From assembly GCF_001194135.2 (NCBI RefSeq), contig NC_068982.1:52537296-52601295 (forward strand): a stretch of DNA of 64,000 nt, written 5' to 3'. Position numbers and translations under genes: made by a program. Source of the stretch: Octopus bimaculoides (Eukaryota). Positions 25,335 to 37,994 of this stretch are shown here, piece after piece. Position 1 is the first letter of the stretch. Each line of letters starts with the position of its first letter. The notes below the pieces were generated by a model. That model was not told the origin of the DNA. It searched no databases and saw only the letters and a program-made list of their open reading frames with translations.

Positions 25335-27040
25335 ATTGGTTTCAAAATTTAGCACAAGGCCAGCAAGTTCGGAGAAGGGGGCTAGTCGATTACATCGATC
25401 TCGGTGCTCAACTGGTACATGTTCTATCGACCCCGAAAAGGATGAAAGGCAAAGTCGATTCCGCAAGCATTTGAATTCAGAACGTAAAGATGGACAAAAT
25501 GCCACTAAGCGTTTTACATGGACCCGGAACCATGTGGTTGGTAAGCAAGCTACTTATCACACACCCACTCCCGTGCCTACTTGACTCTAAATTTATTTTA
25601 TTGACCCTGAAGCAATGACAGTTGTAGTCGACCGGCAAAATTTTAACTTAGAATTTAACTAATCGGAAGAAATACCACAAGATATTTTGTCTGACCTTTT
25701 AACGATTCTGCCAGTTCACCACCTTAACAGCTTAGCAATAACAACGACATTGTGAAAAGTAAAACAACAATAGTGACGGCAGCAGCAGTAGCAGTAGCAG
25801 TAGCAGCCACAGTAAAAATAGCTTCAAATTATGACACCAAGCCAGCAATTTTAGGGAACGGGAATAATACATCGACCTCAGTCCTAGACCGGTACTTTAT
25901 TTTATCGACCTCGAAAGAATGAAAAGCAAAGCTGACATCAGTGGAAGTCGAATTTAGAGCATAAGGAGCCGGGAGAAACGCTATTGACTCTCTTGCGTCA
26001 CTCAGGCCGATTGATCAGCCCAAGTGATACAAGCTGAAAAGAGTTTGAGGCTGATCCCTCAACCCGATCAAACAAACGTTTTGAAGTGTAAAAGCCAATC
26101 AGAGATCGTCTTGCAGTAGATATAATATAAAATTATATAATACATATAGTTTTTACATACTAATAAAGTAGTTTTATGTACTTTATCCTTTGTTTTCTAC
26201 ATGCACCTATCAATTTTAATTTCAACAGAAAGTAAAAAAAAAAAAAACTTTTGGTCTTTTTGGCTTCACATACCAAAACACCGTGTGTCTCAAAAGGGTT
26301 AAGCATTTTCTCCGACGCACAAACAATTTTGTCAGCTCGCCGCCTTACCATATAATATGGTAACAGCAACTTCACAAGAACAACATATGTAGTTGATAGC
26401 TTCTAGCAGAGGCACAAAATCATAAAGTCGATGAAATAGCCACTACATGACTATAACTTTATATTATCGACTCAGGAAAGTGAAAGCAAAGTTGACATCG
26501 ACGGGATTTGAACTTAAAACGTGGAGAGTCGTAACTAAATACAGCTTGGCATTTTGTCAAACGCTCTAACGGTTCGGTCAATCCATTGCTTAATAACAAC
26601 AGTAATAAATCTTTTTACTATAGGCACAAGGCCTCAATGATTTCAAATTTCAGCACAAGGTCATCAGATTTTGCAGGAAAGACAAGTCGATAACATCGAC
26701 CCAGTACTTTACTAGTACTTATTTTATAAAACCTGAAAGGATGAAAGGCAAAGTCAACCTCGGCGGAATTTGAGCTCAGAATGTCAAGACAGACGAAACG
26801 CCGCCGATCATTTTGTTCATTGTGCTTAAGGGCTCTGCCAGTTCACCGCCTTAATAATAGTTTCAAACTTTTGTACTAGGCCAGCAAGTTCAGGGAAGTG
26901 GGTAAGCCGATTACATCGACCCCAGGCAAAACTGATCTCAGAGCGATTTTTGACTGGTACTTTATTTTATTGAACAGGGATGAAAGGCAAAGTTGATCTT
27001 GGCGGAATTTATCAAAATATTTTTGCCTGAAGCTTTAACG
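25335..27040 (-). mobile_element. Six family-1 SINE copies or fragments
   Basis: Copies at about 25335, 25580, 25824, 26420, 26600 and 26858. Confidence 0.75.
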
Positions 27041-27723
27041 AACAAGTCAATCCTCAGCCTCTATCAACAGTAGTAATAACAATGAGAACAATGGCTGCAG
27101 TATTCAATGGAAGCAATCACATTACCACCAAAACAGTGATGAAAGCAACAAGAACCATTGTAATAAAATACAATAGCAGCAAAATATACCGCCTCAAAAG
27201 CAGCAGTAATACCCACAGCTGTTATAACTAATATTAGCAACCAGAACAGTTCAATTGCCAACAAGTGTTTTGGCAGGTGTGCGGGGTGAAAATTTTGTCT
27301 GCGACAACATATATGATTCTAGCTTCAGTGTTCCGTAGTATCTACATGAAAGACAGTACTACATTACACTCAAAAGATGTCGAGTTTCTGAATGCTAAAC
27401 TTATTTTTCTATTATATATGATAAGTAATCATAGTGATATTGTCAAGACATTAGAGCAATATACTAAATCACCTTACAGTATTTTGCCTCAAAGTTCTGC
27501 CCGTAGGTTCATAGTAAGTCTTGTGATGGTCAAATTTGAAGTCCCGAAATCTTTTTAATGTTAATCCCACACACAGTTGAGAAAGTGATAGAAAATGAAG
27601 GTGATGTAAGATAGAAAGAGAGATATATAAGTAGAGAAATAGATGAATAGATAACGATAGATAGATTCTTGTTCGCAGATTAGGAAAATACAGCTAAGGA
27701 TTAACACGTACGTTGCGTTACAG

Positions 27724-27754
<31 letters not shown>

Positions 27755-27994
27755 TGCAAACAACTTGCAGATGCAAGTGCTACCAGTTGAAAGTTCCGCA
27801 TACCGGATACTAGCAATCTATGGGGTCATCAAGAGAGAATGCGGACCGTTTCGCGGCCTTCCGACAGCATCATTGTGTATCAGTCTTCCCACCCTGAAAT
27901 GGGCCCAGCTTGCTAGATGAATTGGTTATTAGGTTTCGCTCAATATTTTTCTAGTCATTGCTCATCGTCTCTTTTTTATACACATGTCCGTAGT

Positions 27995-28348
27995 GGAGGC
28001 GCAATGGCCCAGTGGTTAGGGCAGCGGACTCACGGTCGTAGGATCGCGGTTTCGATTCCCAGAGTGTTTATTGACCGACAACACTTAAAGCTCCACGAGG
28101 TTCTGGTAGAAGGTGGTGGCGAACCAAGCAGTACGCTTTCTCTCACTCTTACTTTCTGTTTCTGTTGTGCCTGTAATTCAAAGGGTCAGCCTTGTCACAC
28201 TCTGTGTCACGTTGAATCTCCCCGAGAACTACGTTAAGGGTACACGTGTCTGTGGAGTGCTCAACCACTTGCACGTTAATTTCATGAGCAGGCTGTTCCG
28301 TTGATCGGACCAACTAGAACCCTCGTCGTCGTAACCGACGGAGTGCCA
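27995..28348 (+). mobile_element. CORE-type SINE, tail A
   Basis: Near-identical to 36401-36782 with small deletions. Confidence 0.88.
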
Positions 28349-28768
28349 CGGCATGTCCTTAACTGCGCACAAAAATTGAAAACGAACTGTTTTTAATTTC
28401 CAATTTTTTAAAATTTCCTCATTTTTGACTTATAATTTTTGATATTTGATAAGATGGACATACACATCGAAACATTTGCCTTTTATGGATTCTTAACCCC
28501 TTGTCAAATATATATATNNNNNNNNNNNNNNNNNNNNNNNNNNNNNNNNNNNNNNNNNNNNNNNNNNNNNNNNNNNNNNNNNNNNNNNNNNNNNNNNNNN
28601 NNNNNNNNNNNNNNNNNNNNNNNNNNNNNNNNNNNNNNNNNNNNNNNNNNNNNNNNNNNNNNNNNNNNNNNNNNNNNNNNNNNNNNNNNNNNNNNNNNNN
28701 NNNNNNNNNNNNNNNNNNNNNATATATATATATATATGTATGTATATATATTTGTGCATGCATGCATG

Positions 28769-28801
<33 letters not shown>

Positions 28802-29521
28802 GTGTGTGTGTATGTATGTGTATGGCTGTATGCATTTCACTGTATCAACCAGCCAATCGGATATTACACATTGCTTGTCACAATTTTCTTGATCGCGTTT
28901 TTCTTTTCTATCTTGGCTCAAATCGTTTAAGTAAGTCGTCTTCCCATATACAGGAAAAACGAAAATATAATACAAAGTGACAAGCGTAAATCTGACTCCT
29001 TCTTATGTCACCAATTGAGATCATACATTTTTGACACCTAAGCCAATAGTGTTCATTCCAATGGTGCCTCTAATTCATTAGATTTGTAAAGGTACAAACA
29101 AGTGCATACGACTATAAAAATTAAATAAATAAAAACAAAACGGGAAAGCGCAAAACGAAACGAACAGAAAACATACAAGTAAGACTAGTTGAGAACTGAG
29201 AAGGTGCCGGACGAAATGAATAGGGAAACGTATAGAAGGGATCATACGACATGCCGATAAATTTAAGATAGTAAAATAAACGAACAAGACGAAACGAGAT
29301 GGTAAATAAAATAATGCACAGAGTAAAATAGAGCACATTATGACTCAAAACAATAAACCGAGAGAGACCATAATAGAACATTTTGCAGGGAGAGGAGGTG
29401 GAAAACAATAGCAGAGGAATGAAGACAGAGACAGCAAAGGGGGAAATTTGTTAGTAGAACAATGAGGGAGAGACGGAGATAAAAGGGTTATAGCTGATGT
29501 GTGTGTGTGTGTGTACAGAGT

Positions 29522-29560
<39 letters not shown>

Positions 29561-29877
29561 CACTTTTCTCTTATGAATGATAGGCAAGGTTAACCATCCT
29601 GACATGATTTTTACACTCTGAACCTGGAGGTAGAAGTTTGTGACAAAATATCGTAATACTGTTAAGTAATTTAGTGTTGTGCTCAAATGTCACTATGGTT
29701 ATTTGTCGTATAAATTGGTTATATAGTGAGTCAGGCAACTGGAAGATGATAAATATCTATTGAATAACATTATCTTCATTAATCCATTAGTTAAGACTAA
29801 TATTAGTTAGAGCTCTCTCACTTTAATTACCAATCATCTCTCTGTTAGCAACAGGTATAGAATATTATTTAATATTT

Positions 29878-30320
29878 TTTTCTACTCTAGGTACAAGGCC
29901 TGAAATTTTGGGGGAGGGGGCCAGTCGATTAGATCGACCCCAGTATGCAACTGGTACTTAATTTATCGACTCCGAAGGATTAAAGGCAAAGTCGACTTCA
30001 GCAGAATTTGAACTCAGAGCGTAAAGACATACAAAATACCTCTAAGCATTTCGCCCGGCGTGCTAACGTTTCTGCCAGCTCACTGCCTTAATATTATTTA
30101 ATATTCTTTTCTACTCTAGGCACAAGGCCCGAAATCTTTGGGGAAGGGGCCAGTTGATTAGATCGCCCCCAGTACGCAACTGGTACTTTTTTTATCGACC
30201 CCGAAAGGATGAAAGGCAAAGTCGACCTCGGCGGAACTTGAACTCAGAACGTAAAGACAGACTAAATACCGTTTAGCATTTCGCCCGTCGTGCTAACGTT
30301 TTTGCCAGCTCGCCGCCTTA
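29878..30320 (-). mobile_element. Two family-1 SINEs, each bounded by the same 16-bp target sequence
   Basis: AATATTATTTAATATT at 29861-29876 and 30090-30105; one-base-deleted version at 30320-30335. Confidence 0.9.
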
Positions 30321-30839
30321 ATATTATTAATATTTAACAACTTAATGAGTCACAGCAGCACTGATGTGTTCTGGGGGAATGTTCTGCTTTTAGACTACGG
30401 ATAACACACGGAAAGACCTGGTCTGGTAGTATGACAAGAGGTCGTTGCTGGTTCAAGGTAATCTCTACAAGCACAGAAGTATCGTTTAGCAGGGGAATTC
30501 AAGATACGCGCAAAGAACGAAACCGGTCCTTTTACATATTTCCTCCAGAACATCCTTCTGGAACGTCAACTCATTTTTCTCAGTACAGGAGATAAAGTGA
30601 CTGGTCATGGCCAGACATTTTAAACAATATTAGTTTGCGTTTACAGACAACTTAAAATGGCTGCTACTGACCAAAGACAACGATTCCAGATAGTTCAATT
30701 TGATATTACAGACAAAGCAAACAAAATGACAAAGGACAAATATTTTACGATGATTTTTTTAACAGAAAATTCCAACATTGAGGTAGACATTCGTAACGAT
30801 ATAGCAGATAACAATTTTTTTTACACACGTTTTGGTAAT

Positions 30840-30897
<58 letters not shown>

Positions 30898-30907
30898 TAA
30901 TAATAAT

Positions 30908-31995
30908 AACGTATCGAATGTAGCAGAAGCCTTATATATCTAGATATCTATTACAAAATAACCATCATACCGACTTCAGAAGCAAGGAAAACAAATACAA
31001 ATTGCCACAAAACACACACACACAAAAAACTGTTTTCAGTTTTTAAAGAGGCTGGTAAATAAAAGAAAGAAGTCATTGTACCTAACAACTAAGAAGACAA
31101 AGAAGAAACAACAAAAGCTGTAGAACAACAAACAGCAACGGATCATGATAAAACGATGGCAAAAAGGCCCCTTCATGAAAAATACTGGAAAGGAATAGAC
31201 AGAGCAAAATCCCAGCAATGGCTGAGAAGCTCAGGACTCAAAGTAGAGACTTGAAGGATTTATAATTGCAGCACAAGACCAAAGCCGTCTCACCAGAAAT
31301 TACCAAAAACATGTAATGCAAAGAAACACAAGTAACTGCAGAATATGTGGAGATGGAGACGAAACAATAAATCATATTTCTCTGGCTGCCCAGTCCTGGT
31401 TAAGAAGGAATATATTCACAGACACGACAGAGTTGGGACCTATATACACTGGAAGCTCTGCCAACACTATGGAATAACAACACTAAAAAAAAAAATGATA
31501 TACGCCAGAAAAGGTCACAGAAAATCAAAAAGCAATCATACTCTGGGATATGCCTATACACACAAATGGGGAAATTAAGGCAAACAGGCCGGATATAGTT
31601 GTCAGAGATCATGAAGAAAAAATGCTTTCTAATCGATGTATCAATACTAACAGATGACAATGTTTCTCTAAAAGAAACGGAGCAACTTTTAAAATACAGA
31701 GATTTGGAAATAGAGGTAACTCGAATGTGGAATCTAAAAACAATTCCTATTATAGTAGGCACATTAGGTATGATAAAAAAAGTATTAAGACAAATACATA
31801 ACCAAAACACCAGGACTAACAAATATAAATGACATACAGAAAATAACACTACTAGGCGCCGCACATATCCTACGTAAAACACTTTCAATACAGTAAAAAT
31901 AAGAGCATCACAACAAACCACAGCACATACCTAAGGTACACAGAGCTGCGCTCAGTAGTGCAGTGGAAGCACGTGATAAAAATAAGACTACTGAA
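30908..31995 (+). mobile_element. 5'-truncated R4/Dong-clade non-LTR retrotransposon (zinc knuckle plus restriction-like endonuclease), frameshifted
   Basis: WLRSSGLK.ET.GFIIAAQDQ..CRICGDGDETINH..GCPVLVKKEYIHRHDRVGTYIHWKLC..KANRPDIVVRDHEEK.CFLIDVSI..KYRDLEIEVTRMW..IPIIVGTLG..ITLLGAAHILRKTLS*; flanked by TAA arrays. Confidence 0.92.
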
Positions 31996-32283
31996 TAATC
32001 ATAATAATAATAATGATAATGATGATGATGATGGTGATGTGATGATTTCTTTATCAACTATAGAGGGTTTACATTATAAGACATTAAGGATGCCACAGGA
32101 TAAAGCAGCAAGTATGTGTGTGTATGTGTTTGTGCCTGTGCATGTGCATGTGTGTTGGCGTGAGAGTATTTTTGTGTAAATAAGTTTAAAATAAAAGAAT
32201 CATACAGTTCTATATTTAAGAGATGAGGAATTATGTACATTATTTACAATTGACGGATATTTGTCCTCGTCTTGTTTGTTGTT

Positions 32284-32329
32284 AACACAACATTTCGGCT
32301 GATATACCCTCCAGCCTTCATCAGGTGTC
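32284..32329 (-). ncRNA. Minimal hammerhead ribozyme, inverted copy (GAAAU variant)
   Basis: GACAC-CUGAUGA-A-GGCUG gaggguauau CAGCC-GAAAU-GUU-GUGUU. Confidence 0.7.
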
Positions 32330-32476
32330 TTGGGGAAATTTCGAACCTGGGTTCTTCTACCCTTCCTTAATTAGATTTATAAGCCCTAAAATTCACTCTA
32401 TAATTGCCCACGGATATATGGCGTAGTGGTTAAGAGCGCGGGCTACTAACCCCAAGATTTCGAGTCCAAGCAGTGA

Positions 32477-32530
<54 letters not shown>

Positions 32531-32582
32531 CAACATCGAAAAATACCTTAGGAACGAGATCCCAGGTTCGAAATTTCCCCAA

Positions 32583-32628
32583 AACACCTGATGAAGGCTG
32601 GAGGGTATATCAGCCGAAACGTTGTGTT
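32583..32628 (+). ncRNA. Minimal type I hammerhead ribozyme
   Basis: AACAC-CUGAUGA-A-GGCUG gaggguauau CAGCC-GAAAC-GUU-GUGUU: perfect 5-bp stems I and II, intact core with one extra A, loopless palindromic stem III (AACGUU). Confidence 0.85.
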
Positions 32629-32669
32629 AACAACAAACAAGATGAGGACAAATATCCGTTAATTGTACG

Positions 32670-33610
32670 GAGGGGATGTACGCAAGTTACTTACAGAAAA
32701 TCCCCATAAAACCACGACTGCCCTGGCTTCTGGGGCAGGTGCTTTTTCTCGGATCTTTAGCTCCGATTCATAGGTGCATGCTCAGGGCAGGCCCGTTCAT
32801 TTACACCATGCTCATCACTTTCATCGGCTTCCAACAAAATGGCTGGAAGGCAACACCTCTCTCCATCCTTATTTTTCTTTTCAAACTTTGATGAGGGATT
32901 GACCAAAGAGGAAAACGTTTATCTTCAATCCCTTTTATCGCGTCCACTATACAACTTCTTTCGTCATGGCTATCAATTCAACCTGGTTGAAAAAGGAGGA
33001 GCGATCTTCACGATAGATTCAGTTGATAGCCGGATCCGTCCTACATTTGACAGCATATGTTCGACATAAACCCACATGTTCAACAATGCTCGGGCACTGA
33101 ACAAGTGCGTACAGGACAATTTCGTCGGAGCTGCTTAGATGACAGCACTCCCATGCCTGTAGAGTTCACTCGAACCAGAAATGCTCCCCGGTACCACTGC
33201 CGTGCCAAGGATTTCTGGAAGTTATCCGTTGACCTTGGGCTAGAAGTTCTCTGGAAGAGAGTGACAAGTTGCTTGTTTTCGAAGCCCAGAATTTCCCCAA
33301 GAACGACATAGCTGCTATCTTTCTCTAATTCTCAATAAAACGCTGAAGTGGATTTTCCACTATCGCAGTACTCGACTGGCTAAGGGCTGTGGGTGCTTGA
33401 AGACACTCAACTTTCTAGCTTGCTCTCTCGGTCTATGCTTGATCCAAGATTGCAATCATGTCAAGGAGACAAGCTAGGGAAACAGGCATCTGGCGAGCGG
33501 CAACCACTCCTGTTTGGAAACGCTGGCGATGTCGTAGCTTCAGCGCATGTTTGCGTTTCACCAGCCATGGCATGCCCAGTCAACTATGCGGCAGATGTTG
33601 ATGCTAATGT
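32670..33610 (-). mobile_element. Degenerate Tx1/L1-like LINE, 3' part of ORF2
   Basis: SLARQWYRGA..SDEIVLYALVQCPSIVEH..RIRLSTESIVKIAPP resembles the C-terminal zinc-knuckle region; frameshifted. Confidence 0.65.
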
Positions 33611-33617
33611 ATCAACG

Positions 33618-33775
33618 TGGAGGCGCATGGCTTAGTGGTTGAGAAGTTGGACTCATGATCGTAAGATTGTGGTTTCGATTCTTGGACCGGACGATGCGTT
33701 GTGTCCTTTAGCGAAACACTTTATTTCACGTTGCTCCAGCTGGTAAAAGTGAGTAAACCTGCGCTCTTTACGGAG
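33618..33775 (+). mobile_element. CORE-type SINE, head and core only
   Basis: GGAGGCGCATGGCTTAGTGG..GGTTTCGATTC..TTGTGTCCTTTAGCGAAACACTT. Confidence 0.75.
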
Positions 33776-34165
33776 TAATGCGAGCTAATCAATTTATGAA
33801 CGCCGGGAATATGAAAAGCGATTTCAACAGGAATTTAAACGGAAGAAAGCAAGCAACTCAATGCATTTTCTCCACTATTCTTTCTCTTCTCACCCCCTAT
33901 GCTTTTTAAATAATTATTATAATGATTTCGAACATAATCAAAAGGCCATAATCTTTGTTGAAGATTAAATTGACTCTGCTGTTTTACTTAGTAATTCATA
34001 AATAAATAGATGGCAAAGAAGCATAAAGTAGACCACGATAGGATTTGATTTGAACTTAGCGCATAAGGGACGTAACCGAACAACGCAAAGCAATTTTCCT
34101 GGGCCCCCAAGGATCCTGCCAGCTTGTTGCTAAACTAACAGTATTCGTCTTAACAAAAGAAAAAT

Positions 34166-34197
<32 letters not shown>

Positions 34198-34303
34198 CAA
34201 CAATCGTAGTAGTAATAGTTGTTGTAGTAATTGTATTAGTAGTTGTAGTAGTAGTAGCTATTCTATGTATTGAGGGAGCATCAACCACAGCAACAGCAAC
34301 ATC

Positions 34304-34334
<31 letters not shown>

Positions 34335-35029
34335 ATATTATGATTAGTAGTAGTAGTAGTGTTGGTATCGGTAACTGTGGTGGTGGTGGTGGTGGTGGTG
34401 GTGGTGGTAGAAGACTGTATAGTGACAGCATCAACCACAACGTCAGTAGTACCAGTAGTTGTGTAGCAGTGTAGTAGTAGTAGCAGTAGAAGTTGTAGTA
34501 GCAGTAGTATATACTGTCTCCATATTGTGGTAGCATGAAACATAACAGTAGTAGCCACGCGTAGATGTATTGACAATGGCTGCAGCGGTAGCTGTTACCA
34601 TAGTTACGGTAGCTATATCAACAACAATAAAAGGTGTAAAGTGAAATAGAGTAGAAATAGAATGAAGTGAAATAGAGATACAGTCCTACAAGCGAAGAAT
34701 ACGAGCTGGTTTCAATTCCACTTATACACCCATGATAAAAGCTTAACAGTAACTTCTTTTACATTACTTCTAAAATATGGGGACTTTGTTCCAAGTTCGA
34801 AGAAACCAAATGTGATATCTAACATTAGAACAGGGTCCCAATTTGGAGTAAGGTCTCGTCGATTACATAAACACTTCGGTAATTTATTTCATCAATTCCG
34901 GAAAGGTAATAGCCAAATTTGACATCGGTGGTATTTGAACTCTGAACGTAAAATAACGAAAGTAAATATGTCAAGACCTTTTACTCGTCTTTCTATCGTT
35001 TCTGCCAAGAGACCGCCCCAGGAATCAAT

Positions 35030-35586
35030 ATTGGTTTTAAATTTTGGCACAAGGCTAGCAATTTCGAGTGAGTGGGTGAGTCGATTACATTAACTCCTGC
35101 GCTCAACTGGTACTTATCTTATCGACCCCGAAATGATGAAAAAGCGGAGTAGACCTCGGCGGAATTTGAACTCAGATGAAGACGGACGAAATCCTGCTAA
35201 GCATTTGTCCGGAGTGCAAAGAATTCTACTTGCTCGCCGCCTTACCTTGCCTCCATAAATCAATATTAATAATATATAAAGCATAGTGATAATGTTTTCT
35301 TATATAATATCCACGTGATAATTTTTTTTAAGCAAAGTATAGACTTTTAGCACTATCATTAATATAAATATCAAAGCGGTGAGCTGGCAGAATCGTTAGT
35401 ACGCTGGGCGAAATGCTTAGCGGTATTTCGCCCATCGCTACGTTCTGAGTTCAAATTCCAGTGAGGTCGACTTTCTCTTTCATCCTTTCGGGGTCGATAA
35501 ATTAAGTACCAGTTGCGTACTGGGTCGATCCAATCGACTGGCCCCTCCCACCAAATTTCAGGTCTTGCGCCTAGAGTAGAAAGGAT
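35030..35586. mobile_element. Inverted pair of family-1 SINEs (35030-35243 minus, 35374-35586 plus)
   Basis: Consensus matches in opposite orientation about 130 bp apart. Confidence 0.88.
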
Positions 35587-36230
35587 TAATGTTCAATATA
35601 ACCTATATATGAGCTAAACATAGCAGTCAAATTTTCCTTAAACCGCTTAAAGTACACCCTACCGTCAGAAAAACAGAAAAGGAAAGGACATGATGGTTGG
35701 TACAATTTTGAAGAAGGGACGGTGTGGTCAAAATCTGAATGCATTTGATCATATAAGCTCACGAAGCTAAATCGCCCCCACCCCCAAAAAGACAAAACAA
35801 CATCATGCCTGAAAGTAAAGAACGCGCTACATGGTTTCGATTCCAAGTTGAACCTATTCATTTCACTGGTACTGTTATAGTAATAGCTTTGTGTTTTTTT
35901 CTTCTAAAATATGTGGAGTTTTACCCTGACTAAAAAAATTAACCAGTACTTATTAACATCTGAAACAGGGATTGATCTGGCGGAATCATTACCTTGACGG
36001 ACAAAATGTTTAGTGGCACTTCTTCCATTTTACATTCTGAGTTCAAATTTCTCCTGCGGATACTCTGCCTTCCATCGTTTCGGAGTTGAAAACAAAAGTC
36101 AATGTAATCGACTAGCTCATCCTTCCAAATTTCAGGCCTTTTGCCTAAAGCAGAAGGTGTTATTTATAGCTAAAATTATAATGATAAAAGTTTATTACAT
36201 GATATGCATAAAACAAAAGTATACCGGGCA

Positions 36231-36282
36231 AGTATGCCGGTTTAGCATGTATGCCGGTTTAGCATGTATGCCGGTTTAGCAT
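36231..36282. repeat. 17-bp tandem repeat x3 (GTATGCCGGTTTAGCAT)
   Basis: Directly visible. Confidence 0.9.
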
Positions 36283-36400
36283 AGTCTCTTCATATCTTGA
36301 GGCAGGTTTCGAGGTAAGAAAAGCAAAAATTACTAAATAGTGAAACACAAGGCCATCATCATTATCAATGCTGTCATTATCATCATTATAAAATAATGAT

Positions 36401-36782
36401 AGGAGGCGCAATGGCCCAGTGGTTGGGGCAGCGGACTCGCGGTCATAGGATCGCGGTTTCGATTCCCAGACCGGGTGTTGTGAGTGTTTATTGAGCGAAA
36501 ACACCTAAAGCTCCACGAGGCTTCGGCAGGGGATGGTGGCGAACCCTGCTGTACTCTTTCACCACAACTTTCTCTCACTCTAACTTCCTGTTTCTGTTGT
36601 GCCTGTAATTCAAAGGGTCAGCCTTGTCACACTGTGTCACGCTGAATATCTCCGAGAATTACGTTAAGGGTACACGTGTCTGTGGAGTGCTCAGCCATTT
36701 GCATGTTAATTTCACGAGCAGGCTATTCCGTTGATCGGATCAACTGGAACCCTCGACGTCGTAAGCGACGGAGTGCCAACAA
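36401..36782 (+). mobile_element. CORE-type SINE, tail A, full length
   Basis: A box TGGCCCAGTGG, B box GGTTTCGATTCC, tail ending GACGGAGTGCCAACAAC. Confidence 0.9.
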
Positions 36783-36807
36783 CAACAATAATGATATTAA
36801 TAATAAC

Positions 36808-37259
36808 CCTTCCTATTGTAGGCACAAGGCCTGAAATTTGGGGGAGGGGGATAGTCGATTACATCGACTCCAGTGCTCGACTGATACTTATTTTATTGAT
36901 CCCGAAGAATGAAAAGCAAAGTCGATCTCGGCGGCATTTGAACTCAGACAGTAAAGTCGGAAGAAAAACCGCCAAGCATATTTTTCGGGCGCGCTAGCGA
37001 TTGTGCCAGCTCGCCGTTTTCAAGTATTAATATTAATAATAACAATAATCATTTGTACTCTAGGCAAAAGGCCCGAAATTTTTGGGGAGAGGTCCAGTCG
37101 ATTATATCGACCTAAATATGCAACTGGTACTTAATTTATCGACCCCAAAAGGATGAAAGTCGGTCTCGGCGGAATTTGAACTTAGACCGTAGCTATGGGC
37201 AAAATACCGCTAAGCATTTCGTCCAGCGCGCTAAAGATTTTGCCAGCTCACCGCCTTTA
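36808..37259 (-). mobile_element. Two tandem family-1 SINEs
   Basis: Copies at about 36808-37020 and 37052-37259. Confidence 0.85.
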
Positions 37260-37357
37260 ATTAATAATAGTAGTAGAAGTAGTAGTAGTAGTAATAACAA
37301 GTGTGAGAGTAGTAGTAGCAGTACAGGTACTACTACTTCAACTAGTAGTAGTAGTAG

Positions 37358-37452
37358 TAGTGGTGTTGTTGGTGGGTGGTAGTGGTGTTGTTGGTGGGTG
37401 GTAGTGGTGTTGTTGGTGGGTGGTAGTGGTGTTGTTGGTGGGTGGTAGTGGT
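37358..37452. repeat. 22-bp minisatellite x4 (GTAGTGGTGTTGTTGGTGGGTG)
   Basis: Directly visible. Confidence 0.9.
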
Positions 37453-37477
37453 AGTAGTGATGGGAGAAGTAGTTGCA

Positions 37478-37546
37478 ACGAAAGAAGAAGAAAGAGAAGA
37501 AGAAGAAGAAGAAGAAAGAGAAGAAGAAGAAGAAGAAGAAGAAGAA

Positions 37547-37578
<32 letters not shown>

Positions 37579-37661
37579 AGAAAGAGAAGAAGAAGAAGAA
37601 GAAGAAGAAGAAGAAGAAGAAGAAGAAGAAGAAGAAGAAGAAGAAGAAGAAGAAGAAGAAG
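37478..37661. repeat. Long (GAA)n tract
   Basis: Directly visible; source of the poly-E/R/K ORFs. Confidence 0.95.
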
Positions 37662-37994
37662 ACTCACTAACGAACGGCAGTAATAAAAGTAGCTGAGACA
37701 TTAACGGTACTAGCAGCAGCAGCTGCAGAAGCAACAGCTGTCGCAAAAGAACCAGTACTGCTGCTTCCCAGTATAGAGCGGCAACAGAAGCAACTTCTAC
37801 TGCTTTGAACTGGGGCCTGCGACAGTAGTAATAGTAATAGCAGCAGCAGCAGCAGCAGCAGTACTCTCCCCACTCATCACAACCTCCACCACCACCACTA
37901 ACAACAATAACAACAGCAACTGCAGAAGCTGTAGTAGAAATGGTGGTGGTGGTGGTGACGGTGGTGGTCTCAAAAGGTAGAAAATACCGCCAAA

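Larger units (their letters stand above)
32203..32667 (+). mobile_element. Non-autonomous Penelope-like element: inverted terminal repeat, tRNA-like head, (AAT)n, terminal repeat with hammerhead
   Basis: 111-bp inverted arms 32245-32355 / 32557-32667 with 5 mismatches; A box TGGCGTAGTGG at 32419-32429; hammerhead in each arm. Confidence 0.75.

Noticed and set aside
27265-27558. 97-aa ORF on plus and a short open frame on minus
   Set aside because: No motif, no convincing acceptor, AT-rich composition.
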